A stretch of 32,000 bases of DNA from a virus, in the IMG/VR virus record IMGVR_UViG_3300045988_065417, positions 1-32,000 of that record. One strand, given 5' to 3'. Below are positions 1 to 7,656 of the stretch, in pieces. The number at the start of each line of letters is the position of its first letter. Position 1 is the first letter of the stretch. The notes below the pieces were generated by a model. That model made no database searches. It was not told the DNA's origin and saw nothing but the letters and a program-made list of their open reading frames with translations. A program made the position numbers and the translations under genes.

Positions 1-142
1 ATTAATCCTTTTTCTGGATTAACCCCTTACCTTTAAAATGGTAAATAAGTTAATCTTCCTTTCTCCTCTAACTACCCTAATTTTCTCATATTTTCACCTA
101 TATTACTACATTTTATTCTGTAAAATTTTAAAAAATATTCCA

Positions 143-259
143 TTTTATATGCCACTGTGCCAAAGTTTTATGCCACAAATTTATAAATTCTCTTCCTTAT
201 TATTATATAGGCATACAAATTATTATATAGGCATACAAATTATTATATAGGCATACAAA
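143..259. repeat. Cluster of five GGCATAYAAA-type motifs, two in one orientation and three in the other
   Basis: Plus strand TTTTATATGCC (143-153) and TTTTATGCC (166-174) are reverse complements of the GGCATACAAA core found at 210-219, 230-239 and 250-259. Confidence 0.8.
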
Positions 260-260
260 A
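201..260. repeat. Near-perfect 3 x 20-bp tandem repeat TATTATATAGGCATACAAAT
   Basis: Read directly: 201-220, 221-240 and 241-260 are identical except for the last base of copy 3. Confidence 0.95.
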
Positions 261-290
261 AAGCCTCCTGCTGGCATGGAGACTTTTTTG
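255..290. terminator. Hairpin flanked by an A-run and a T-run (bidirectional terminator-like; pairs better on the minus strand)
   Basis: AAAAAAGCCTCC-tgctggcat-GGAGACTTTTTTG. On the minus-strand RNA the stem GUCUCC/GGAGGC pairs fully with one G-U and is followed by U6. Confidence 0.45.
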
Positions 291-367
291 GCAAAGAATA
301 TTTATCAGAAAGGGGCGTGTCACAATTAACACATCAATAATATAACACCTTAATTATATGATTTGTT

Positions 368-408
368 AAAAAAACAAAAAAACCATACCTGATGTGGATG
401 AGGTATGG
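368..408 (-). terminator. Intrinsic terminator
   Basis: Minus strand CCATACCT-catccacatc-AGGTATGG followed by TTTTTTTGTTTTTTT. The stem is 8 bp. Confidence 0.7.
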
Positions 409-575
409 AATCGTTTTGGTGACAACTTTAAAAAAGGGGAGCTTTTAGCAATTGTCACATTTTGTTGTTGTTTATGCTAGTGCCTACAAGAGAAAAGTGA
501 AGATACAATCACACGTCTGCAATCGTCTCTACACAAAAGAGAGCTTAGGCCTTTATCACTCTGCTTTTTCCTAGC
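368..575 (-). ncRNA. Candidate ORF-less transcript (unit 2, about 200 nt)
   Basis: Lies between the extended -10 TGATATAAT (582-590) and the terminator at 368-408. The longest ORF with an ATG is 11 codons and has no SD. Internal 7-bp stem GTGACAA/TTGTCAC (419-425/452-458). Confidence 0.2.
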
Positions 576-581
576 AACATG

Positions 582-590
582 ATTATATCA
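582..590 (-). promoter_or_regulatory. Extended -10 promoter element TGATATAAT (weak -35)
   Basis: Minus-strand TGATATAAT read from plus 582-590. It sits in AT-rich DNA, so a chance match is possible. Confidence 0.3.
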
Positions 591-611
591 TATCAGTATG
601 AATTTTATATA

Positions 612-816
612 AAAAGAACCACCTTTCAAGTACTTCTAGAATGTACTCTATTCAGTGGTAAGAAAATAATATTTCTTTGTAGTCGACTTGCATAAAAATA
701 ATATTAATCAGTCACGCTTGGTATGACTATAGATCAATACTAATAAATCCATATGCCTAACTTGGATTTGTACATCAAGCTAGCATGGTTCACTTGGAAT
801 TTCTCATGCTCGGCCT
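612..816 (-). ncRNA. Candidate ORF-less transcript (unit 1, about 200 nt)
   Basis: Lies between the extended -10 TGCTATAAT (823-831) and the hairpin plus T-run at 616-659. Only 5-14 codon ORFs are present, none with an SD. Confidence 0.2.
616..659 (-). terminator. Compound hairpin followed by TCTTTTTAT (putative terminator)
   Basis: Outer stem ACCAC/GTGGT (618-622/655-659), inner stem AGTAC/GTACT (629-633/643-647) around the palindrome TTCTAGAA. A T-run follows on the minus strand. Confidence 0.35.
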
Positions 817-822
817 AAGACG

Positions 823-831
823 ATTATAGCA
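823..831 (-). promoter_or_regulatory. Extended -10 promoter element TGCTATAAT (poor -35)
   Basis: Minus-strand TGCTATAAT read from plus 823-831, downstream of the endolysin terminator. Confidence 0.35.
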
Positions 832-903
832 TAAACCGTATAAAGTTCATACGATTTAAGTAACTCCTTCTACACTAGTAGACGAGCTATGAAAATAATA
901 GCA

Positions 904-936
904 TAAAAAAAGAGCCTATGAACTTAATCATAGGCT
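904..936 (-). terminator. Intrinsic terminator of the lysis operon
   Basis: Minus strand AGCCTATGA-ttaagt-TCATAGGCT (9-bp perfect stem) followed by CTTTTTTTAT, about 125 nt after the endolysin stop. Confidence 0.75.
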
Positions 937-1060
937 AAGTATACGAAAAATAGTTGAAGGATTTGTGCCATTTTTTAATTATGACACTTTTATTGATATT
1001 TAATTGTAATTTTTGCACATTTTGTACAATTTTGACACTTATATGTTTTATTTTTGTGCT

Positions 1061-2146
1061 TTACGCAATTTCTGTTAATGGTGTTGGGTCAACCCAAATA
1101 CCGCCAATTTTAACAATATTCTTTTGAACATTCACTGCATCGACTCTGATTCTAGACACATATACAACTGCATTTGTGGTATGCAATACACTGTCATTAT
1201 ATCCATCTGAATTTGGTACTTTATCGACTAAGCGAATTGGAAACCAACCACCTAATTGTGCGAGATATGCACATAAATCATCACCAATTTTCTTCAAGCC
1301 TTGGTTGCCAATTTTCATATGTACAGATGTAACATAGCTTCCTTCATGCAAGATTTGGTCGATAGCTTCTGCACTAGACTGTGTTGTTCCAACTGGTGTA
1401 TGAGGATCTGAATCAATACCTGTATCATTTGTCCATCCAATCGCTACCCCATTTCTATCTACACGATACGGATATTTAGCACCTTTAATTACTCTACCGA
1501 TTGAACCGTTCCAATCGCCTTTTAAGATTTTAGAATTTCCGTAACAGTTAACGCTTAATGTATTTGTGCAGATAGGTGTACCGACTGAATATTTTTCGCC
1601 ACTTGGAGCACTTGGTTGTGTTGGAGCTACTGTTTGACCGTCTAATCTAGCATTTACTTCTTGTGCTAATTGATTCATCTTAGAATGTAAATAAGGACCA
1701 GGACAAGATGTTGCTGCGAACATTCTATGTTCTGTCAAGCTTCCAGTTGAATCACCAGTGTAGTTTAATCTGAATCCATATCGTTTACATACATCCACGC
1801 ATAGATTTACTAATGCGTTCCAAGCTTTTGGTGAGATTGTCCACGTATCTGTATTATCGTTCGCAATTTCAATTGTAATTGATTGGCAATCGTTGTAGTA
1901 GTTTGATGATGTCCACGCTCTGTTTTCTTCGTCTACATTCGAAACAATCGTACCGTCTGAACCAATGCAATAGTTTGCACTAGCCATTCTTCCGCTTACT
2001 TGGAATGATTGAGCACATCGTTCTGCCGACCACTGACATGCCATATGATGAGGTGTGATTTTACATACTTTATAGCCACCACGTCCTCGCATATAGTTGT
2101 CTGCGCTGGCAGGAATATATTTATTTGTTAAGCTTGAATATGACAT
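1061..2146 (-). CDS. Endolysin: N-acetylmuramoyl-L-alanine amidase (Amidase_2/PGRP type) with a C-terminal putative cell-wall-binding region
   Basis: 361 aa. Motifs ITPHHMA, ITIEIAND, LTEHRMF..TSCPGPYL are typical of Amidase_2. About 170 C-terminal aa form two repeat-like segments. It is the last gene after the holin. Confidence 0.85.
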   Translation of the reverse strand: MSYSSLTNKYIPASADNYMRGRGGYKVCKITPHHMACQWSAERCAQSFQVSGRMASANYCIGSDGTIVSNVDEENRAWTSSNYYNDCQSITIEIANDNTDTWTISPKAWNALVNLCVDVCKRYGFRLNYTGDSTGSLTEHRMFAATSCPGPYLHSKMNQLAQEVNARLDGQTVAPTQPSAPSGEKYSVGTPICTNTLSVNCYGNSKILKGDWNGSIGRVIKGAKYPYRVDRNGVAIGWTNDTGIDSDPHTPVGTTQSSAEAIDQILHEGSYVTSVHMKIGNQGLKKIGDDLCAYLAQLGGWFPIRLVDKVPNSDGYNDSVLHTTNAVVYVSRIRVDAVNVQKNIVKIGGIWVDPTPLTEIA

Positions 2147-2232
2147 TCTTCTTCACCTTCTTCTTTTCCATTTGATAACTCTGATTGAGCTTCTTCTGAT
2201 AAATCTTCAAATTTTACTTCTTTTTCTTCCAT
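2128..2232 (-). CDS. Small acidic ORF (34 aa, MEEKEVKFEDLSEEAQSELSNGKEEGEEECHIQA) overlapping the endolysin start
   Basis: Not in the ORF track (under 60 aa). Strong SD AGGAGG 8 nt upstream of the ATG at 2232. The stop is 19 nt inside the endolysin ORF. Confidence 0.3.
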   Translation of the reverse strand: MEEKEVKFEDLSEEAQSELSNGKEEGEEECHIQA

Positions 2233-2244
2233 GAATTATACCTC

Positions 2245-2640
2245 CTAATTTTTTTCGACCAAGAAATCTTGAATTTCATTTCTAGTTTCGACTAGCTTTT
2301 CCTTATCTGAATCAGACAATAAACCATTCAAGATTGCAATGTTTGCCTTAAGTAGCAAATTACTTCTTTCTTTATCTTCATCCAATCTACCATCATGGTC
2401 AAACAAAATGCGAGCATGTTCTTCTAGCTTTTTATTGATTCCTTCTTGATTCAACGTAATCTTTTCCAATGAATTTAATCGCTCATTATCTTTGTGAAGT
2501 AATTCATCGTGTCTTTGAACTTTAGCTTTTAAATCGTCACTCGGCTTTTTCAATTCTTTAATAATCTTCACAACACCCCAAATGGATGCTATGAAGCCAC
2601 AAATCCATACAATCTGTTGGCTTGTAATTGTAAAATCCAT
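2245..2640 (-). CDS. Membrane-anchored coiled-coil protein of the lysis cassette (function unknown)
   Basis: N-terminal hydrophobic segment (IVWICGFIASIWGVV), then a heptad-rich charged region. I prefer the ATG at 2640 (SD GGTGG 5 nt upstream) to the GTG at 2649. It lies between holin and endolysin. Confidence 0.6.
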   Translation of the reverse strand: MDFTITSQQIVWICGFIASIWGVVKIIKELKKPSDDLKAKVQRHDELLHKDNERLNSLEKITLNQEGINKKLEEHARILFDHDGRLDEDKERSNLLLKANIAILNGLLSDSDKEKLVETRNEIQDFLVEKN

Positions 2641-2654
2641 ACAAACCACCTACT

Positions 2655-2921
2655 TTATTTTTCTTCAGTAGCGCCTTCAACAAACCTTGTGAAAGCTTGG
2701 TGCATACCTGTACTAGCTAATCCCATCAATGCACCATAAACTGCATTTTCGATTGACATACCACTAACCGCTAGGTTTAGCACCAATCCAGTGAATGCAA
2801 GTACTGATGGAATATATTTATTAGGGAAACTTGTGAATGACGTTTTCAAAATGTAACCTACGATTAAACAGGCTACTACAACCACCAAAACAAAATATTT
2901 ACTTAAATCTACAAAATCCAT
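2655..2921 (-). CDS. Holin (small multi-TM protein, Hol44/phage_holin_5-like)
   Basis: 88 aa with hydrophobic segments, the motif NKYIPS and a charged C-terminus (EGATEEK). SD GGAGGA upstream. Positioned upstream of the endolysin. Confidence 0.75.
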   Translation of the reverse strand: MDFVDLSKYFVLVVVVACLIVGYILKTSFTSFPNKYIPSVLAFTGLVLNLAVSGMSIENAVYGALMGLASTGMHQAFTRFVEGATEEK

Positions 2922-2944
2922 TTTTTATTCCTCCTATGTCATAT

Positions 2945-2970
2945 ATAAAAAGGCTAGATATTCTAGCCTT
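2945..2970 (-). terminator. Intrinsic terminator between XkdX and holin
   Basis: Palindrome AAGGCTAGA-tat-TCTAGCCTT followed on the minus strand by TTTTATATAT. Confidence 0.6.
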
Positions 2971-2971
2971 C

Positions 2972-3097
2972 TTAATAATTTTCACCAGTGATTTTTTTAT
3001 ACTGATCAGTCGTAATGATTCCTTTTTCACAGAATTTTCTTACCTGCTTATCTGTATATAGTTTTAGATCATAAAATCTTTTGATTTTTTCAAACAT
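2972..3097 (-). CDS. XkdX-family small phage protein (41 aa)
   Basis: Not in the ORF track. MFEKIKRFYDLKLYTDKQVRKFCEKGIITTDQYKKITGENY matches the XkdX pattern (Y..g.yt...v..fv.kg.IT..qY..ITGe.Y). Typical position between fibre and holin. Confidence 0.7.
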   Translation of the reverse strand: MFEKIKRFYDLKLYTDKQVRKFCEKGIITTDQYKKITGENY

Positions 3098-3100
3098 AAA

Positions 3101-3451
3101 TTAAGCCTCGTTTTCTTCTAGAAGCGTATCTGTCATCATGGCCGTGTACATGACTTGTGCCTCAATCTTATCCTGCGCGGTTGCTTGTTGCTCTGGTTCT
3201 TTGATTGTTGGCTTTTCTTCTTCCGCGACTTCAACCACTTTACCTTCTACAAATTTGTAGTTATATCTTCCATGTTCGTCTACTAATCCTTTTTCTAGAT
3301 ATTGACTTTGAGCATGAGCGTATTTATCACCTTGTCCTTGGTCGATTTCTGTCATTGTTTGAATTTCTTCTTGTGATAAAAAGATTTCTGAATTAATAGA
3401 TGTGATATATCCGTCTTGTAAGGATACGTATACTTTATATTCGTTGTTCAT
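3101..3451 (-). CDS. Hypothetical protein at the position of a tail-fibre accessory/assembly gene
   Basis: 116-aa ORF with an SD, immediately after the receptor-binding protein and before XkdX. I did not recognise a domain. Confidence 0.55.
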   Translation of the reverse strand: MNNEYKVYVSLQDGYITSINSEIFLSQEEIQTMTEIDQGQGDKYAHAQSQYLEKGLVDEHGRYNYKFVEGKVVEVAEEEKPTIKEPEQQATAQDKIEAQVMYTAMMTDTLLEENEA

Positions 3452-3459
3452 AGTTCCTC

Positions 3460-4359
3460 CTAATAAATTTCTGCGTCTAGAGTTATACCGTTAATAGTGA
3501 TTGTGAAGTTGCTTATTCCACGGTCAAGAGTAACTGTATCAATTGATTTACTAGTAAGTTCAAAAGAAGCACTTCCGGTAAATGTAGAATTATCGCTTTG
3601 GCCTAGTGCTTTATATGTCAATGTCGGCGTTGTTCTCATTTCTGTAGGTAAATTACCACTTGTCGCTTGAAAGAATTTTTCTGAAACACTAATTAAATCT
3701 CTCGTATAAACAAGTGGTACACAATACAATTTTGGGATATATTGAAAATATCTTTGACACTTCGGATACTCTTCTATAGCGCTAGGAGCAGTATATGCAG
3801 TTGCGACTGCACCCTCTTCTAGTTTTACATAATCTATCTGCAATGAAGCTCCACTTGAAATTAAAACGCCAACTTCCGAAACCCCTTTTGTTGACGTAAA
3901 TGTTACGGTATTCAATCCGGATACAATGCTTTTATCAATAATATTAGTGCCATTCTCATTTATAAAGAAATGCACATTGCCACTTACTCTTGAAGCCTTA
4001 ATTGTTACTGTATATGTTCCTATTAGAGGGAGTTCTAAAGTTTGTTTAAATTGTCCACTGCTTGAATTTGGATTTGTCAACACTTTTGTTGACGCATTCA
4101 GATTAGCGTTATAAATATTCCATCTATCAACAGTATATATTTTTTTTGAATTTGCAGAACTGTAAGTACTGTTTCCTCTTTGATTGATTTTAAAATCCGG
4201 ATTAATCAATAAATTCGGATTACTGAATTTATTCCCTAAATAGTCTGCTAATTGTGTTAATGAACCTTTTTTTAATCCTGCGCCATTGTGCACAGGCAAT
4301 AAGCTTGTATCCGTGAAACTGGGCAATGCGTCTAATTCTGTTACTTGCTTCCCTGGCAT
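3460..4359 (-). CDS. Tail fibre / receptor-binding protein
   Basis: 299 aa. N-terminal anchor motif VTELDALPS..DTSLLPVHNG, then NLLINPDFKINQRG, KLEEGAVATAY and EYPKCQRYF motifs as seen in Gram-positive phage fibres. SD AAGGAGG. Confidence 0.7.
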   Translation of the reverse strand: MPGKQVTELDALPSFTDTSLLPVHNGAGLKKGSLTQLADYLGNKFSNPNLLINPDFKINQRGNSTYSSANSKKIYTVDRWNIYNANLNASTKVLTNPNSSSGQFKQTLELPLIGTYTVTIKASRVSGNVHFFINENGTNIIDKSIVSGLNTVTFTSTKGVSEVGVLISSGASLQIDYVKLEEGAVATAYTAPSAIEEYPKCQRYFQYIPKLYCVPLVYTRDLISVSEKFFQATSGNLPTEMRTTPTLTYKALGQSDNSTFTGSASFELTSKSIDTVTLDRGISNFTITINGITLDAEIY

Positions 4360-4362
4360 TCT

Positions 4363-4518
4363 CTATTCCTCCTTGACTTTATATGTCCAATCCGTGCCGA
4401 CTACTCCACTTGCTACTTCATAAGACCAATCGGCTAAGATTGTATTTCCTTTTTCATCTACTAAATCTTGAGCGCTTGTTGCGCTCAAATTTGTAGTAAA
4501 GTGATTGTTCATCACCAT
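4363..4518 (-). CDS. Possible small ORF (51 aa), uncertain
   Basis: Open frame MVMNNHFTTNLSATSAQDLVDEKGNTILADWSYEVASGVVGTDWTYKVKEE filling the fibre-RBP gap. No clear SD. Confidence 0.2.
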   Translation of the reverse strand: MVMNNHFTTNLSATSAQDLVDEKGNTILADWSYEVASGVVGTDWTYKVKEE

Positions 4519-4608
4519 TTAATTCAATGCGTTATGTGATGTAGTTACATGCTTTATTCTATCGACAAGCCACTGAATAGAAGCTTTGTCTTTGAATAGG
4601 AAAGCCAT
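4519..4608 (-). CDS. Possible small ORF (29 aa), uncertain
   Basis: MAFLFKDKASIQWLVDRIKHVTTSHNALN. The ATG is 4 nt after the upstream stop and the stop overlaps the next ATG (TAAATG). No clear SD. Confidence 0.15.
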   Translation of the reverse strand: MAFLFKDKASIQWLVDRIKHVTTSHNALN

Positions 4609-4611
4609 ATA

Positions 4612-5220
4612 CTAACCCCACATTGTGCTTAAATCGTTTGTGCTAATTGCAGTTAATCCTGAACTCTTAACATATCCTGATAAATCAATATCTGTATTAC
4701 CAATCTTTTCAAACGTTTTAGTGTCTGCAATCCAAATATACTCATCATAAATATCTTGCGTTCCATGCGAATGTGCAACTAAATAGATAACGCTATTCGA
4801 TCCTGTAACAGGTAATGAACTTACCTTTTCATACTTAATAGATGCGATGTTTCCTACTGCCGAATTAATCAATGATTGTACTTGTGATTGCGTTTGATAT
4901 CCTTTTCCTGTAATCGTTGAATTAACCTGTGTAGCATTTTGAAAGCCGCTGTCATTTCCTAATTGTGATACCTTTGTTGGCACTGAAATATCTACAGCTT
5001 TTGAGCTTGGCTCAACCTTTGTACCGTTAACCTTTACAGACTCAATCACATTCGCTTGAGCACCACTTGCGATACCACTTAATTTGCTTTTTTCTTCGCT
5101 TGTATAGTCATTTGTCGATAAGCCTTTGCCGCTTTCCACATCAACTTTTCCACCTAATGCAGTTTTAATTTTGCTGATTAATAGAGTTAATCCACTCTTA
5201 TCTAAATATTCAATAGCCAT
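4612..5220 (-). CDS. Tail fibre protein
   Basis: I prefer the ATG at 5220 (SD AAGGAGG 8 nt upstream) to the track start at 5256. Motifs GKGLSTNDYTSEEKSKLSGI and IYLV....YDEYIW....FEKIG are typical of Gram-positive phage fibre proteins. Confidence 0.7.
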   Translation of the reverse strand: MAIEYLDKSGLTLLISKIKTALGGKVDVESGKGLSTNDYTSEEKSKLSGIASGAQANVIESVKVNGTKVEPSSKAVDISVPTKVSQLGNDSGFQNATQVNSTITGKGYQTQSQVQSLINSAVGNIASIKYEKVSSLPVTGSNSVIYLVAHSHGTQDIYDEYIWIADTKTFEKIGNTDIDLSGYVKSSGLTAISTNDLSTMWG

Positions 5221-5233
5221 TCTTTTTTCCTCC

Positions 5234-5527
5234 TTATAAACTATTCCATATTTCATCTAATTCATTTGTTGATACCGAAGTTACAGAGCCATCTGCCATA
5301 GCTCCAATATCCTCCGGTGTATATACCGGTCTTGTCTCTGTTTTCGCCCATGCTGGAACTGTTGGGTCCTCTTCTTCCATAGCTCCTATGATCTCTTTAC
5401 CGTTTAGAGTTGGCTTGTTTTTCAGTTTGTTGTAGTCGCTTGTTCCTGCGACGTATTGCTCTTTTAAATCAAACCCCAGGCTTTCGTTTTCCTCGGCTAG
5501 ATTGATACTAAATTCATCTTTCATCAT
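5234..5527 (-). CDS. Small tail fibre-associated protein
   Basis: 97 aa. Motifs DYNKLKNKPTLNGKEIIG and PAWAKTETRPVYTPEDIGA are recurrent fibre motifs. Its C-terminus resembles that of the next gene. Confidence 0.6.
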   Translation of the reverse strand: MMKDEFSINLAEENESLGFDLKEQYVAGTSDYNKLKNKPTLNGKEIIGAMEEEDPTVPAWAKTETRPVYTPEDIGAMADGSVTSVSTNELDEIWNSL

Positions 5528-5823
5528 TCTATGATTTCCTTATATAAAACCGGAAAAACAGGACGGGTTAGAATTGGGGAAGCTATAACCGTTCCTTCTT
5601 CGGTGATAGCTCGAATTTGTACCTGATATCGTCCAGGTATAAATTGAAGTGTCTCTTCCTGGGTTAGCGTTACGGCCACAGTATTTTCCTCAATCACTAG
5701 GTCTTCCATTCTTTTTGTTAGAATAGTCCCGTTCTGTTCAATCGTTAAATATAGACTTGTTAGTTTCTCTAGCTCAAGTCCTGATGTGTGAATGACCAGA
5801 GTTGGTGTTGTCCCTTGTCTCAT
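5524..5823 (-). CDS. Hypothetical tail/baseplate-associated protein
   Basis: 99 aa, 4-nt ATGA overlap with the next gene, located in the distal tail module. Confidence 0.55.
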   Translation of the reverse strand: MRQGTTPTLVIHTSGLELEKLTSLYLTIEQNGTILTKRMEDLVIEENTVAVTLTQEETLQFIPGRYQVQIRAITEEGTVIASPILTRPVFPVLYKEIIE

Positions 5824-5831
5824 GATCTTAC

Positions 5832-6602
5832 CTACTGAACCTGATACTTCCAGTCCGCAAATATATTTGTGCCCTCTTCGTCGGTTAGAGTGTTGTCCAC
5901 GTCAACTTGAAGCTCTGTATAAATGTGATTGTCCAGAAGCATGTTTTCAAGGTTTAGAATGCGGCCAGCTAGTGCCGTTGCGACTTCACCCTGAAGTGTT
6001 TCTTCTAAAGATTCGAACCATTTTCTGAATTTCTCGCCGTTGGCGTATTGAGTGTCCTCATTTTCTTTCTGGATTCTTTCATAGAAACTTTGGAATTGAT
6101 CATATAGTTCTTGTGTTGGTACTCGCGTTAAAGTATCAACCGTTAGACCGCAGTAGTTTTCGTCAAGTCTTACGTCCTGAATCATTTCTTGCGTGATTTC
6201 TCCAGCTGATGCCTTTAAAGCTACAATCGCAATGATTAGCTCGTATTCTTCTAGATTTCGAATACGCGTAGGCATTGACTGTGTTCCTTTCTGATATACA
6301 AGACCGCATGAATTGCTGATCTTATCATATCGAATGGCCACGTAGTCGTATCTAGTGTAGTTCGTAGCGACGGTAGCTGTTAGGGTAGTTTCGACTTTAG
6401 GCGAGTAAACGATACCACCTATTCCGTCGCTGGATGTCTTTAAAAAGGCGAGCCCGTTACTGACTGATATATTCATACCGCCGGCAGTTCTTACTTCGAA
6501 GTCTTCACCGGTGATATTAAAAAGGCCAGGTGTTCGCCCGGCGTGGAACATCCGCAGATCTTCTGCCAGATATTCCGTGTTGTCTAAAGGGTATGCTGTC
6601 AT
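5832..6602 (-). CDS. Tail fibre/baseplate structural protein
   Basis: 256 aa, follows Tal with an overlapping stop/start. Assigned by synteny only. Confidence 0.55.
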   Translation of the reverse strand: MTAYPLDNTEYLAEDLRMFHAGRTPGLFNITGEDFEVRTAGGMNISVSNGLAFLKTSSDGIGGIVYSPKVETTLTATVATNYTRYDYVAIRYDKISNSCGLVYQKGTQSMPTRIRNLEEYELIIAIVALKASAGEITQEMIQDVRLDENYCGLTVDTLTRVPTQELYDQFQSFYERIQKENEDTQYANGEKFRKWFESLEETLQGEVATALAGRILNLENMLLDNHIYTELQVDVDNTLTDEEGTNIFADWKYQVQ

Positions 6603-7654
6603 GAGACCCCTCCTTTCATTTTTGTTGCGTTTTCTTGAACCTCTACAAATTCTAATTCGATGGTGACCTGCGTCTGTAAATTGCTTTCTTCTACAAACTT
6701 AAGGCCTGAGATTCTTGCAAACGTAAATAAATTGAATTTAAAGCTTAGACACGGTATCACGTCTCCTAGGTCAAAGTCCTTTTGAAGGATGGCCTTCTTG
6801 TCGTCCGCATCAATTTCAAATTCAAATTTAGAGGAGCCTTTTCTAGCCTCTGCTAGCTTATTGAGGCCCCTCTCTTTTAGCAAATTGCTGTATGCTTCTT
6901 CCGTATAGGTTTGCTCGTTACCTGATGCATCAGTATATGTAGACTGCAAATCTCTGGCATCCACATACAGTTCCATTCTCGGCTCGTCTCCTATTCGAAG
7001 ATCTACGATCGCGCTTTTTCGGCCTGATCCAGATTCTTCTCCGTACACGTAAGCATAGTTTTTATACCCTGATATATCCTCGATAAAAGTCTGCGAGATT
7101 AGGTTTCCGAGTCTATCCGAAAACCTCAACTTGCTTTTTGTTGATCCAGTATAGATTTCGAAGTAATTCAGTGTAGTCCCTTTTAGAACTTCTCTGTATC
7201 CGTAGCCTACTAGATGGCAGTATTTCTGAGCCATGGTCCTGAGCGTGTCGTATGTTGTGTCGGATGCGTTCTCAAGTTTTCCGGGAAGGCCTGTATTCTT
7301 TCCGATTACTATATCCAATCCGCGCTTGTTCTTTTCAAAATTACCGAGTAACGATTGTTCTACATTTCGAACGGTCAAGGTATAGAGGTTTATACGGTCC
7401 TCCAAATTGTCCATATGACCGAGTACTACAATTTCTTTTGCAAGTCTTTCTACGGATTCTATAAAGAGAATCTCGTTTCTTTCCTTGCAAACGATTCGGT
7501 TCCATTTCTGTAGATATCTTGTATTGAAGTCCGTATATTCCACATGAATCTCAGCTTTTCCTGTTTCATAATATTTTGGGTTCCATTGCACGCTGGTTAT
7601 GTTCTGGAGCGGCCCTTGTCGTTTTCCTTCTCTGTCGTAAACATAATAGTGCAT
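6599..7654 (-). CDS. Tail-associated protein (Tal; siphovirus Gp37-like N-terminal domain)
   Basis: 351 aa directly after Dit. The N-terminus MHYYVYDREGKRQGPLQNITSVQWNPKYYETGKAEIHV matches the Gp37-like pattern. Confidence 0.65.
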   Translation of the reverse strand: MHYYVYDREGKRQGPLQNITSVQWNPKYYETGKAEIHVEYTDFNTRYLQKWNRIVCKERNEILFIESVERLAKEIVVLGHMDNLEDRINLYTLTVRNVEQSLLGNFEKNKRGLDIVIGKNTGLPGKLENASDTTYDTLRTMAQKYCHLVGYGYREVLKGTTLNYFEIYTGSTKSKLRFSDRLGNLISQTFIEDISGYKNYAYVYGEESGSGRKSAIVDLRIGDEPRMELYVDARDLQSTYTDASGNEQTYTEEAYSNLLKERGLNKLAEARKGSSKFEFEIDADDKKAILQKDFDLGDVIPCLSFKFNLFTFARISGLKFVEESNLQTQVTIELEFVEVQENATKMKGGVS

Positions 7655-7656
7655 AT

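Noticed and set aside
38-250. 70-aa plus-strand ORF at the left end
   Set aside because: It is a low-complexity translation running through the tandem repeat and motif cluster, with no SD. The region is better explained as non-coding.
201-260. Possible CRISPR array, given the short perfect repeats
   Set aside because: The three 20-bp units are directly adjacent with no spacers, and no cas genes are present. It is a simple tandem repeat.
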